From: Candidatus Brocadiia bacterium
Lineage (GTDB): Bacteria; Planctomycetota; Brocadiia; SM23-32
Assembly: GCA_046538485.1 (NCBI GenBank)
Contig: JBKHIT010000002.1
Location: 64,001-128,000 of the forward strand
DNA: 64,000 nt
Direction of reading: 5' to 3'
Positions 43,893-53,784 of the stretch are shown here, one piece after another; positions within the stretch are counted from its first letter, which is position 1, and each line of letters starts with the position of its first letter. The notes under the pieces were generated by a model. The model searched no databases. It was not told the origin of the DNA and was given only the letters and a program-made list of their open reading frames with translations. The position numbers and the translations under genes are program-made.

Positions 43893-44058
43893 TTTTCTCT
43901 CCTGGTTGGTTTTAGTTGTTAGAAATGCTTTTTTTTGGCAGGTTTACGGGACAGGAGCAAAACTATGTGCCGCGAGTTTAGGGTCTTAAATCAGGCACGA
44001 CAAGGGAAAAGTCAGATTTGAGAACCGTTCCAGCATGTGGGCCTGACCTCTGCAGCGT

Positions 44059-44514
44059 TTACTTTTGTGCGTTGAGACTATCGGCGATATCTCGGGCTTT
44101 TTCCTGGCTGAAACGACCGCTGATAACCGCCTGCGGGTCCGTTATCTTTTCCATTATGATCGGAGCAGAGACCAACGTGTCGTCGACAATAATTGCGATG
44201 GGTTTTCCAACAGATTCTGCCGTGGCCTCCGAAAATTTCCTTTTGCCTTCGCTGGTAAAGACTATTTGTAGTTGTGAGATATTTCCGGGTTTTCTTTTCA
44301 ACGAAGCGGATTTGATGTCGCGCTCGGTCAGGAAGACTTTTTGCCCCACATAGACCGCAGTGTCGGTCCCTTCAACGACCATTTTTTTCAGTTGTGGTGC
44401 GGACAATTTTTGAGCATTGCGGAACTCAACCCTGATTGGTGGGCCGTTGGTCCGGGCGGTCGTACATCCCGTCAGTAAAATTGCGATCGACAGTGAAAAG
44501 ATTGTGGCCTTCAT
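44059..44514 (-). CDS. Lipoprotein with stand-alone SecD/SecF P1 head subdomain
   Basis: Lipobox LTGC, FTSEGKRKFSEAT..VGKPIAIIVDDTLVSAPIIMEKIT..AVISGRFS. Confidence 0.8.
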   Translation of the reverse strand: MKATIFSLSIAILLTGCTTARTNGPPIRVEFRNAQKLSAPQLKKMVVEGTDTAVYVGQKVFLTERDIKSASLKRKPGNISQLQIVFTSEGKRKFSEATAESVGKPIAIIVDDTLVSAPIIMEKITDPQAVISGRFSQEKARDIADSLNAQK

Positions 44515-45042
44515 GACTTTTCCTTTCGATATGTTGTTAATTCTATTCCATGTGTCTGGATATGTCGAACAACTACTTTTTCAGTTCGAGGCGAGGATAT
44601 TAGGAGCCCAGCGGCCATCGAAAAAGTCAAAATGGACGCTGTGTTCCGAAGGCATTTCGACACGAATTTGATTTTCACTGTTTTCGACGGCTTTCACTGT
44701 AAAAGCCTTTCTCCCTCGGGGCATGAAAGCAATGTAAAGTCCAACGTTAACGCAAGGCTGCCGCCGGATGCAATAAAAGGGACGGGCATATATACCCTGT
44801 AACTAATTGTCAGCCGTTGCGAATGCTCAACAAATTTGACAGATTGGGTTTTGGGTGGCTACCATGAGAGCAGTGCTGGAAGTGTTTTGCCCTTGTGCCG
44901 GCGCGGATTTGGTGTGTCATATTGGTGTACTTCTTTCTGTTCAAGGGGCAATGATTTGGCACGTAATATTCCATGGGGCGACAAGCTTGCAAAGATACGG
45001 GGCTTATTATCGTCTTCTCCGGTGCAATCTCAGATTTCTTCG

Positions 45043-45819
45043 TTGAAACGTGGTGTACTATCAAAGGCGGAGTGGGGCGGGTTCACACTTATTGAACTAT
45101 TGGTTGTAATTGCAATTATTGCTATCCTTGCGGCTATGTTGATGCCGGCCCTTGAGAGCGCCCGGGAAGCGGCGCGGATCTGCGCCTGCCTGAATAATTT
45201 CCACCAAACGGGTCTGGCCCAAACGATGTATGTGGGGGACTATCAGAATCATCTGCCTGCGAAATCGAGCAGCTGGGCAGACTGGCATGTAAACCACCTC
45301 TGGGGTTATGGGATGCTCAGCGAGTATCTACGGCCGGGCATGACGGCAAAACAGTTCAAGGATATCCACGGGGGCCCATTGAGTTGCCCGTCCGTGCGTG
45401 CCGATGAAGATGGTTACTATATTAGTGATGGAAAATATTTCAGGATGTGTGGTCAATACCGCCTGGTGGGTCTTAACACCCGTATGCATTCCAGTTACGG
45501 GAACGCGTATCTGAACGGCCGTCCGCTGAATATTGTGAAAAACGCGTCGGGTTTGGTCACGTTCTACGAAGCACCTTATCTGAATTACGATGCGGCGGTA
45601 AAGAACTATTTTTCGAAGCTTCCCCCCGGCTACAATTCCCTCTGGTCGGCGTTCAGCTACGGAGGGGCGCCCAGATGGTTTCATCGGACCGAAGAGCCGG
45701 AGAAAGGCAGTGCCAACCTGTTATTTTTAGATGCCCATGCGGCAACGATTTCCTATCAAGAGCACCATCAGGCGGTGTTGAAGGACAAAATTGTCTGGCG
45801 ATGGAACGACGGTTACTGA
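45043..45819 (+). CDS. Prepilin-type N-terminal cleavage/methylation protein (DUF1559 / H-X9-DG-like type)
   Basis: [41 protein letters not shown] and C-terminal [13 protein letters not shown]. Start is uncertain (TTG 45043 or GTG 45022). Confidence 0.88.
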   Translation: MKRGVLSKAEWGGFTLIELLVVIAIIAILAAMLMPALESAREAARICACLNNFHQTGLAQTMYVGDYQNHLPAKSSSWADWHVNHLWGYGMLSEYLRPGMTAKQFKDIHGGPLSCPSVRADEDGYYISDGKYFRMCGQYRLVGLNTRMHSSYGNAYLNGRPLNIVKNASGLVTFYEAPYLNYDAAVKNYFSKLPPGYNSLWSAFSYGGAPRWFHRTEEPEKGSANLLFLDAHAATISYQEHHQAVLKDKIVWRWNDGY

Positions 45820-45873
45820 TTGGGCTTACGTGGGGGCAGTGCCGGACAGGCAGGTTTCCAGTCATATGTAGGA

Positions 45874-47667
45874 TCAACGAATTTCGTCGCATGGTCCCCA
45901 CGGATAGGACAGCGTTGGGCGGCGGACGAAACGTTTCATCTGAACCCGTATCTTCGCTCCTGCGCCCGGTTGAAGTTTAACGACAAAGGCTCGGCCGTTG
46001 ATTTTACGGGACGGCCCATTTGTGACAGCAATCTCAGTTATTTGGTGTTCGGCGTAGGCTCCTCCCTGGACGACGACAGTACGGGGAGTTGTGGTAGAGA
46101 GGTTAACGAGCGTCACGTGGACTTCCTCATCGCGGATCCTATCAACCAGTGCTCCGACATCGGGCGGGAGTCCGGGTCTTCCACGGTCGGGATCGAAGTA
46201 GCGCAGGCGGGCAAAGAGCAGGGAGCCACGCCAGCTCGGCTGTCGGCCACCGGTCGTCAACATCGTGAGGGCAGCCGTTGCAACGGGGTTTTTGCCGGTG
46301 AGGTTGCATTCTCGTTCCCAATCGATGCTTTTGTCGGCACGGATTTTTCTCACGCGCCGATCGATGTGTTTGAGACTCTTTTTAAGAATTGATTCCGGGA
46401 AATTGGCATTTTCCCCATCGAGCCACGCGATCCAGTCCAACGTATATCCCATCTCATAGTGCGGTTGGTCGTGTCCTTGGCCCGGCCCCCAGTACTGTCG
46501 GAAATAATCTTCGTAGCGACCGGGGCGCAGAAGGTATAGATCCTCGGCAAACCACTGTTTCTGACCGCTTCCGTCGGTTGTAAGAGGTTTGCCGTTTGAT
46601 TTTACGCCGATCTGCATGCCTTTTCGGAGGTGTTCGATCTGGCGTCGCCCCGCTTCGAGATACCTGTCATTGGCGGTTAGAAGAAACGCATTTTTCAGCC
46701 CCATCCGCACGCCCGACATGACCATATGGGGCCCACCCCAACCGGACCAGCCCATTACGCCTCCAGCCCAGGGGTAGACTTCTGAACCTTTCGGGACATA
46801 CTCGGGAAACTGTTTTGCCGGGTGGGGCCAATCCTCCCCGGGTTTGCCATTGAGCCCGACATTTCCGGGGAATATTCCGTTGTTTGCACGAGCGCGTTCA
46901 ACCCATGCGTCGCCATATTCTTTGACCCAATCGCGGTATTTCTTTTCGCCGCTGATAAGAAACGCGGTGGTGACGAGGGAGGTGGACTGCATATTCAGAG
47001 GAGTATCGCCTCGCACTTTTACGCCGGTCCAGTATTTAAAAAAATCCTGTCCACCCCAGTCTTCCAGGGTCGCGTTCATAATGGGGCCGGCACTTCCGTT
47101 CAGGACGCTGCGGATAAGCCTCTTATTCGGGTTGTAATTGGGCATGCCGAGATAAAAATCGGCAAAGCGGCAGACGCGCTCGCGATATTTCTCATTACAG
47201 GGATCGCACAAACCCAGATCATAGAATGAGCGGTATTGTTCGCCGTTATGCTGCCAATCGAAAGAACGGATAAACTCTTCATGCAACCCACCAGCTTCGG
47301 TGTATTGTTGGTAATGTCCTTCCCAGGCTTTACGGAGGGTTTGCAGCACGTATTCATCGCCGCCGAGTGCATAGAGCAAGCCCCAATTATTGGTCGGTTC
47401 GGTGGAATCATCGGCACCGGCTCCACCGCCCAATGTCGCATCGACCTTCAGATAGCCGCGTTCGTCATAGTATTTTTCGGCGAATATATGAAGCGCTTCA
47501 GTATTTTGCTCAAAGACTTTTCTTTCGAGAACGGCCCATGGAGGGGGAGACATGGGGGAGTTAATGTTCAGTCGAGGCATATCCGCAGTCCGGCCGCTGC
47601 CGGTGATGGTACACCCAACGACTGATATGAAAAGAGCAAGACACACTGTTTTGAACACAGGCTTCAT
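45874..47667 (-). CDS. Hypothetical lipoprotein, probable alpha/alpha-barrel enzyme
   Basis: Lipobox MKPVFKTVCLALFISVVGC. Enzyme-like motifs DDSTE..NNW.LLYALGG, DWQHNGE, GDTPLN and RYFDP..RPGLPPDVGALV. Function not assignable. Confidence 0.65.
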   Translation of the reverse strand: MKPVFKTVCLALFISVVGCTITGSGRTADMPRLNINSPMSPPPWAVLERKVFEQNTEALHIFAEKYYDERGYLKVDATLGGGAGADDSTEPTNNWGLLYALGGDEYVLQTLRKAWEGHYQQYTEAGGLHEEFIRSFDWQHNGEQYRSFYDLGLCDPCNEKYRERVCRFADFYLGMPNYNPNKRLIRSVLNGSAGPIMNATLEDWGGQDFFKYWTGVKVRGDTPLNMQSTSLVTTAFLISGEKKYRDWVKEYGDAWVERARANNGIFPGNVGLNGKPGEDWPHPAKQFPEYVPKGSEVYPWAGGVMGWSGWGGPHMVMSGVRMGLKNAFLLTANDRYLEAGRRQIEHLRKGMQIGVKSNGKPLTTDGSGQKQWFAEDLYLLRPGRYEDYFRQYWGPGQGHDQPHYEMGYTLDWIAWLDGENANFPESILKKSLKHIDRRVRKIRADKSIDWERECNLTGKNPVATAALTMLTTGGRQPSWRGSLLFARLRYFDPDRGRPGLPPDVGALVDRIRDEEVHVTLVNLSTTTPRTVVVQGGAYAEHQITEIAVTNGPSRKINGRAFVVKLQPGAGAKIRVQMKRFVRRPTLSYPWGPCDEIR

Positions 47668-47716
47668 CTGAATAATATACATAATACTTGTTGGCAACAG
47701 AAGATTAACGGACGCT

Positions 47717-48142
47717 CTATTTGACGTCGGTTCGGCTGCGATTTTCCGAGTTGCCTTCACTAAAGCCCGACCATCGTCGCGCGATATTGACATCTCCAAA
47801 AACAATGACTACTTCAGGGGAATGGAGAACAACCATACCCTCGTAGAATTTCGCTATATCCCAGCCGCGATTATCCTCGTATGATACGACAATCCCGCAG
47901 CGCTGTCTCGTAGGTTCTTTTTGCAAAGTTTGCCTTCGTTCAAGGATTTTCGAGACATCCTTTTTGGTAATATGAGCAAGCGCCCCCGGTTCGATTTCCA
48001 GCAACTCTGAAACAGGTCGGTGTATACGGTCATCGATTGCGTGGTGAATTTCGTATTCGATGAAGTCTTCCCCTGTGACGGGAGACCGAGCGACCGCGTG
48101 AATCAGATGCCCTGCGCCGAGCACTTCATATCCAATCGGCAT
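47717..48142 (-). CDS. Small hypothetical protein, STAS/SEC14(SpoIIAA)-like
   Basis: AGGAGGAAGG RBS, RCGIVV and VIVFGDVNIARRW (F....A..W C-terminal pattern of STAS/SEC14-like proteins). Confidence 0.55.
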   Translation of the reverse strand: MPIGYEVLGAGHLIHAVARSPVTGEDFIEYEIHHAIDDRIHRPVSELLEIEPGALAHITKKDVSKILERRQTLQKEPTRQRCGIVVSYEDNRGWDIAKFYEGMVVLHSPEVVIVFGDVNIARRWSGFSEGNSENRSRTDVK

Positions 48143-48162
48143 ACCTTCCTCCTTTTTACCCC

Positions 48163-48189
48163 TATCCTGCATCTTACGGATGCAGGATA
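48163..48189. promoter_or_regulatory. Perfect 11-bp inverted repeat (operator or RNA hairpin)
   Basis: TATCCTGCATC-TTACG-GATGCAGGATA, just upstream of the RBS of the 47717-48142 gene. Confidence 0.45.
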
Positions 48190-48489
48190 TATAAAACGGC
48201 GCATGCCGTTCAGGCGTAAGAATTTACCTGTATGCTGCTACTGTGCGGATTTTAGTTTGCCTGTTGATGAGAATCAAGACTTTTTCCGTCAAAACGCTAA
48301 TTTGTCCAACTGGGGCTGCAGGGAATTTGTGTAACAGAAAAAGACAGTTTTGCTTGCTATCGGTTAAAATTAGCGAGTCCTTAGTAACTTGCGTGTGCAA
48401 GCGAGGTGTGGTAGATTGCCGCGTCCCCGGTGTTTGGCCGGGGCGTTCTGAGCTACCCTTGATATCATTAAGCATTAAAGGAGTGTGAA

Positions 48490-49269
48490 ATGCGCATCAA
48501 GCAGTCGATTTGTTATCCGTTGTTTATGCCGGACGAGATGGAGTTGGAACAGTTGTGCGAAATTGCGGCTGATATTGGCTACGATGCCATTGAACTGTGG
48601 GGCCGCGGGGACGATTTTGAAGAGATTGTTGAGACAGCCCATTCTTATGACCTTGTTGTTGCCAGTTTTATTGGTCACGATTCTCTTCCGGATGGTCTCA
48701 ATAAGTATGAAAACCACGATCGCATTGAGGCCGAATTGCGGGAATCTATCGACATCGCCGCGGCCAACGATGTGCCGGGTATGATTTGTTTCAGCGGAAA
48801 CCGGAATGAAGGGCAGAGCGATTACGAAGGGATGATTGCTTGTGCACGTTGCCTGCGAAAAGTCGCTCCTTATGCGGAGGAAAAAGGAGTGAATCTGAAC
48901 GTCGAGCTTCTTAATTCGAAGGTCAACCACCCGGGTTATCAATGCGATCATACCGATTGGGGACTGGCGTTGTGTGAAATGGTTGACAGCCCGCGAGTTA
49001 ATTTGCTTTTTGATATTTACCATATGCAAATTATGGAAGGTGACATTATTCGGAATATCAGGAAATCCATCGATCGTATTGGTCATTTCCACACAGCGGG
49101 GAATCCGGGTCGGAACGACATGGATGATACGCAGGAGATGAATTATCGCGGGATCTGCAGCGCCATCGCAGAGACCGGCTATGACCTCTATCTTGGCCAC
49201 GAGTTCAAACCCAAAGGCGACCCGATTGAGGCTCTAAAAGATACCTTTGAGATTTGCGATCAGGGCTGA
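48490..49269 (+). CDS. Hydroxypyruvate isomerase family / xylose-isomerase-like TIM barrel
   Basis: ICFSGNR, VELLNSKVNHPGYQCD, LLFDIYHMQIMEGD, GHFHTAGNPGR and GHEFKP. AAAGGAG RBS. Confidence 0.9.
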   Translation: MRIKQSICYPLFMPDEMELEQLCEIAADIGYDAIELWGRGDDFEEIVETAHSYDLVVASFIGHDSLPDGLNKYENHDRIEAELRESIDIAAANDVPGMICFSGNRNEGQSDYEGMIACARCLRKVAPYAEEKGVNLNVELLNSKVNHPGYQCDHTDWGLALCEMVDSPRVNLLFDIYHMQIMEGDIIRNIRKSIDRIGHFHTAGNPGRNDMDDTQEMNYRGICSAIAETGYDLYLGHEFKPKGDPIEALKDTFEICDQG

Positions 49270-49277
49270 ATTTAATT

Positions 49278-49315
49278 GAACGGGCCGACCGCTGTGAAGT
49301 ATGGTCGGCCCGTTC
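49278..49315. terminator. Hairpin between convergent genes (probable bidirectional terminator)
   Basis: 13-bp stem GAACGGGCCGACC / GGTCGGCCCGTTC. Confidence 0.65.
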
Positions 49316-49343
49316 TATGTCGGGTCAGGCTGGTTGCGTATGG

Positions 49344-50486
49344 TTATTCTTCGATGGCAATCCCTTTTTCTTTTGCCTGTTTGCGGGCGCTATTGCGAAT
49401 TGCAGCGTCAAAAGAATCCTCTTCGCCTTTTTCGCTGAGTTCTTTTTTGATGTAGGTCTGCCGTTTGGCCTGCAGTTTCGTGATTTCGGCTCGGAGTTGC
49501 TTTCGCTTCTTGACCTGTGCTTTCAAATAGGACTGGAGCTCTTCTTGGGGCATTTTGCGGAGTTTCTCGGGCAGATGCTCTTTATTGATTTTGTCGAGCT
49601 TAATTTTGCCGGCCGCGTAGTCGCTTATGAGTTCTGATCGCCCTGCAAACGCTTTGCCCCCGGCTTCTGTGGCAAGGAACGCCGCACGATCCGCGCTGGC
49701 TCCCGGTGCGGCCTTTTTCCGAATCTCATCGGCAACTTCTTCGCGTTCGGCGAGTTGCTTGCGTTTGGCAGCAGTGCCGTAATAGAGGCGTGTTCCTTCG
49801 AGCTTTGAGGACATCTTAGCCATTTTCCCATCATACGGGGTGCTGACGGTGACGGCGCCGCCTGCCTGAGCTACCTGAAAAAAAGCACCTTCAGCACGGT
49901 TCGCAATGTCTTTCCATATGGCGGTCGTTTTGCCGTAATTTCCACATTGTATTGTATTAATAATGATCCCGCGGCGGGCAGCTTGTTTGCACGTAGTGGG
50001 ATATTTTACGTCCTGTTTGTAGTCCATATGGGGAGGATAATCTCCGACGAGATAGATGACGCGAAAGGTTTTTGCACCTTCGCTCCACTTTATTTTATTG
50101 ACGGCTTCGTGCAGCGCTTGATTGACACTCTCAGGGCCATCGCCGCCGCCCTGGGCCTGGAATTTCATCAAATCACTGTAAACCGCATCAAGATCAGTGG
50201 TCAGTGGCGTTATTTTTGTGATGTAGGCATCGCCCCGGTCCCGGTATCCTACAAGTCCCATTTTGATTTCTGGTGTCGGTTTCCCGGTTGCAAGGGTGTT
50301 GGCAATCGACCATATCTTTTGTTTGGCTCCCTTTATTAGTCCGCCCATACTCCCTGTTGTGTCAAGGACAAAAACCACTTCGATTTGCGGTTGTGGTTCT
50401 TGAACCGGTTTTTCTTCTGCGCGCAGGGAAGCAATAGCGATTCCGAGACCCAGAACTGCCAGCAGAACTAAAACTAAGTTTTTCAT
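49344..50486 (-). CDS. Secreted VWA domain-containing protein
   Basis: Signal peptide, VFVLDTTGSM, GYRDRGD, GGGDGPE, LVGDYPPH and INTIQCG. Confidence 0.88.
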   Translation of the reverse strand: MKNLVLVLLAVLGLGIAIASLRAEEKPVQEPQPQIEVVFVLDTTGSMGGLIKGAKQKIWSIANTLATGKPTPEIKMGLVGYRDRGDAYITKITPLTTDLDAVYSDLMKFQAQGGGDGPESVNQALHEAVNKIKWSEGAKTFRVIYLVGDYPPHMDYKQDVKYPTTCKQAARRGIIINTIQCGNYGKTTAIWKDIANRAEGAFFQVAQAGGAVTVSTPYDGKMAKMSSKLEGTRLYYGTAAKRKQLAEREEVADEIRKKAAPGASADRAAFLATEAGGKAFAGRSELISDYAAGKIKLDKINKEHLPEKLRKMPQEELQSYLKAQVKKRKQLRAEITKLQAKRQTYIKKELSEKGEEDSFDAAIRNSARKQAKEKGIAIEE

Positions 50487-50738
50487 CACCGATCTCCTTT
50501 TGCGGAATGGTTTCCAAATGTTTCACGTTGCTTCGACATTTATTTAGACGGGACAGGAGGGAATATGTTCCATTGAAATTTTTTAATAAGGGACGTCTGG
50601 CTTCCATAAAATCACGGTATCGGCTGCGATTCGGGCCCATGCTCGATCTCAGGTCCCGCCCCCTATGATCTGGAAAACGGGACATCAACTGTGGAAGTGA
50701 GTGAAGAGAAGGCCAGAGTTTTGCCCCGGATTGGTTAC

Positions 50739-51764
50739 TTAATGGGAGGTCGACAGAAATCCTATTGGATGTTCACACAGCATCCTGCGCACGGTATGGT
50801 CGGTGGTTCCCTCTTTTGTGGGGCCGCCTGTGACGGTTGATGTGGTGCGTTTCTCAAGCAAGAGGTCGACGCTATTTTCCAGGTCGAAAATCCACGTTCC
50901 TCGCCCATCCAGCTTAAGATTGCTTTGTGAATCGGACCTTTCGCCTTCGTAGGTGAAACGTATCTCGGCGCTTCTCCGCCCCCGGTGTCGGCTGATATCG
51001 ACCACGGCGAAGTGAGACCGCATTTCGAAAACCGATTCTTCTTCGAGTTCTGGAATAGAACCGGCTTTAAAATTAACATCCCATTGACTATCGCCTTCGA
51101 GTTTTTTGTCCGGCAACCAGGGGAAATAGTAGCTATCATAAATGTGGGATACCGAGACGACGTTTTCTCCTACTCCGGCTGCCCCGACAAAACCCCTGGT
51201 GCCTTCGTGATCGTAAAAGCGCCCTTTTTTATCAATACGGATTGTTCGAATCGTTTCGCTCGTGCGTTCTACAGCAAGTTGCGTCTGTTCAATCTCAAGA
51301 TACTTGTCGCGGTCAGCCTGCAGACGCAGGTTGTCGATTAGATACTGACGTAGTTCTTTTTCGCTTTCTTTTCGCTGTACTTTTTCAACCAGGTAAGACC
51401 AAATTCTGCCGGCACGATAAGCGTACCGCGGGCAGGCTTCGCCACTGGCTTTGCGGGAGACCGCGATTTCCATCAATTCTCCGCCATCGAGCCAGAGCCC
51501 ATGACATTTGGCGCACATATCTACCGTTACGTGAGTGGTTGGATACTGGAAGACGTACATCTCTATGTTACAGCGGGGACAAATACGCTCTCCCTTATTG
51601 GCTTCTGGTGACAATTCGAGTTCCCTTACCGGCACATCAAGAACCTGTTGAAGCTCGCCGCCATCAAACCAGAGGCCATCGCACGAAGGGCATCTGTCCA
51701 GTTCTATCCCGCCGTGTTCGATCATGGGTTCGAGTTCCTGGCCTTCACAATGGGGACATTGCAT
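50739..51764 (-). CDS. Double zf-TFIIB-type zinc-ribbon protein with C-terminal beta-rich domain
   Basis: CPHC..IELDRCPSCDGLWFDGGEL and CPRC..VDMCAKCHGLWLDGGEL. Confidence 0.82.
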   Translation of the reverse strand: MQCPHCEGQELEPMIEHGGIELDRCPSCDGLWFDGGELQQVLDVPVRELELSPEANKGERICPRCNIEMYVFQYPTTHVTVDMCAKCHGLWLDGGELMEIAVSRKASGEACPRYAYRAGRIWSYLVEKVQRKESEKELRQYLIDNLRLQADRDKYLEIEQTQLAVERTSETIRTIRIDKKGRFYDHEGTRGFVGAAGVGENVVSVSHIYDSYYFPWLPDKKLEGDSQWDVNFKAGSIPELEEESVFEMRSHFAVVDISRHRGRRSAEIRFTYEGERSDSQSNLKLDGRGTWIFDLENSVDLLLEKRTTSTVTGGPTKEGTTDHTVRRMLCEHPIGFLSTSH

Positions 51765-51817
51765 TTTCTTATATGACCTTAAATTGTTAGGGAAAAGCAG
51801 CTATCAGTAATTATTTG

Positions 51818-51845
51818 ATTTTACCAAGCGGGCCGTTTTTGTCAA
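51818..51845 (-). promoter_or_regulatory. Putative sigma70 promoter for the zf-TFIIB gene
   Basis: Minus strand TTGACA-N16-TAAAAT with a TG extension. Confidence 0.5.
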
Positions 51846-51954
51846 TGTAGATATTTGGGCGAGGAAACCCCGAAAAGAAGTTAATCCGATTTGTCCGGCC
51901 AGGGAGTTGGGGTTAGAATGACATTTTTTGACCATTTTCCTGCAGAGGCGTGTA

Positions 51955-52968
51955 ATGCTTGTAATGGCATTTGAGACTTCCTGCGATGATACCTCGTGTG
52001 CCATTGTTGAAGATGGCAGGCAAGTGCTTTCTAATATCGTCAGTGATCAGGATGAGCTGCACGAACGTTTCGGGGGAATTGTGCCTGAGGTGGCGTGTCG
52101 CGCTCATATCGAAAATATCTTACCCGTGATGAGACAGGCAATCGACGCGGCCGAAATGAAGCTTAGCAGTGTCGATGCTGTCGCTGTTACCAACACTCCC
52201 GGCCTTATCGGGTCTCTGTTAATTGGGCTGACTGCGGCGAAGGCTGTGAGTTGGGCTTTCGATCTGCCTCTGGCTACTGTCAACCATCTGGAAGCTCACA
52301 GCTATGCACCATGGCTGAACGGCGAACCGCCTCCGTTACCGGCTATTGGGTTGGTGGTGAGCGGGGGCCATACCAATTTGTCTTGCATACGCGGTCCACT
52401 CGAACATGAACTTTTGGGGGCGACAAGAGATGATGCCGCAGGAGAAGCTTTTGATAAGGTGGCGAATATACTAAAGCTCGGTTTCCCCGGAGGCCCGGTT
52501 ATCGAGAAGACCGCCGAGAATGGAGATCCGGAAGCGGTCAACTTCCCGCGAGCCTGGTTGAATAAGGATACGCTTGATTTTAGTTTCAGCGGGGTAAAAA
52601 CGGCTGTCCTTTACCACTGTCTCGGCCAGAATGCCTCCAAAGACGATATCGAAGACGCGGACTACGATCCGGATTTTGTTGCGAACGTTGCGGCAAGTTT
52701 CCAGAAAGCGGTTGTCGATGTTCTGATAGCGAAAACGAAACTGGCACTGGAAAAGACGGGTTTGCAGACACTGATAGTTGGCGGTGGGGTGGCGGCGAAT
52801 AAGTTGTTGCGGCAAAAGCTCAAAGAATTGACCCATGACCTATCTGTTGATTTGTTTCTTGCACCTCTGAAATACTGCCGTGATAATGCTGCCATTGTCG
52901 GGGGACTTGCTTATCATCTCCTAAAAGCCAAAAATCTGGCTTCGCTGGACGCGGAAGCGCAGCCGTGA
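51955..52968 (+). CDS. tsaD: tRNA N6-threonylcarbamoyltransferase complex subunit TsaD
   Basis: ETSCDDT, FGGIVPEVACRAH, PGLIGSL, NHLEAH, VSGGHT, DDAAGEAFDK, FSFSGVKT, GGVAAN and DNAA. Confidence 0.96.
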   Translation: MLVMAFETSCDDTSCAIVEDGRQVLSNIVSDQDELHERFGGIVPEVACRAHIENILPVMRQAIDAAEMKLSSVDAVAVTNTPGLIGSLLIGLTAAKAVSWAFDLPLATVNHLEAHSYAPWLNGEPPPLPAIGLVVSGGHTNLSCIRGPLEHELLGATRDDAAGEAFDKVANILKLGFPGGPVIEKTAENGDPEAVNFPRAWLNKDTLDFSFSGVKTAVLYHCLGQNASKDDIEDADYDPDFVANVAASFQKAVVDVLIAKTKLALEKTGLQTLIVGGGVAANKLLRQKLKELTHDLSVDLFLAPLKYCRDNAAIVGGLAYHLLKAKNLASLDAEAQP

Positions 52969-52995
52969 TTTCTTAACCAGGGAGTTACCTACACC

Positions 52996-53781
52996 ATGGA
53001 TGAATTGTCTTTGCGCCAGTTGCTGGACAAAGTTGCCGCGGGGGAAGTGTCGATTGAAGATGCGCTGGGTGAATTGCGGCATCTTCCGTTTGAAGATATT
53101 GGATTTGCGAAGGTCGATCACCACAGATCGTTGCGTTGTGGCCGAGCCGAGGTAATTTTGTGCGAGGGCAAAACCCCGGACCAAGTCGGCAAGATCGCCG
53201 GCAAAATTTTCGAACGAAGTGACCAGGTCCTGGCCACGCGCGCTACCCAGGAGCATTATGACGCTGTTGCCCGAATTGTTCCCGAGGCAAAATACCGGGA
53301 ACAGGCGCGGTGCGTGGTTATTCAGGAGGAAAAACCCGTCCCGCGCGGTCAGGTTGTGGTTGTAACAGCCGGCACAAGCGATATCCCGGTGGCGGCTGAA
53401 GCGGTCGTTACGGCCGAGGTATATGGAGCGAACGTGGAGATGGTCAGCGATGTTGGGGTGGCCGGGATCCATCGTCTGCTGGGTTACGCCCGTCTGTTAC
53501 AATCGGCCAAAGCTATTGTTGTGGTGGCAGGGATGGAGGGGGCGCTGGCGAGTGTGGTGGGAGGAATGGTGCAATGTCCCGTTATCGGTGTGCCGACAAG
53601 TGTTGGCTACGGAGCGAGTTTGCAGGGGATTGCCCCGCTGCTCACCATGCTGAATAGCTGCGCGTCGGGCGTGACGGTGGTCAATATCGATAATGGTTTC
53701 GGAGGCGGATATATGGCAGCTCTTATCAATGAAACCGCCCTGGATTTGGATACCGAAGACATGCAACCGGAAGGGAATTGA
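52996..53781 (+). CDS. larB: Nickel pincer cofactor biosynthesis protein LarB (AIR-carboxylase-like)
   Basis: FAKVDHHR, AGTSDIPVAAEA, DVGVAGIHRL, VAGMEGAL, VPTSVGYG and VVNIDNGFG. Confidence 0.93.
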   Translation: MDELSLRQLLDKVAAGEVSIEDALGELRHLPFEDIGFAKVDHHRSLRCGRAEVILCEGKTPDQVGKIAGKIFERSDQVLATRATQEHYDAVARIVPEAKYREQARCVVIQEEKPVPRGQVVVVTAGTSDIPVAAEAVVTAEVYGANVEMVSDVGVAGIHRLLGYARLLQSAKAIVVVAGMEGALASVVGGMVQCPVIGVPTSVGYGASLQGIAPLLTMLNSCASGVTVVNIDNGFGGGYMAALINETALDLDTEDMQPEGN

Positions 53782-53784
53782 AGT

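Noticed and set aside
44957..44975. Possible sigma54 promoter TGGCACG upstream of the prepilin gene
   Set aside because: The -12 position reads TC rather than the required GC.
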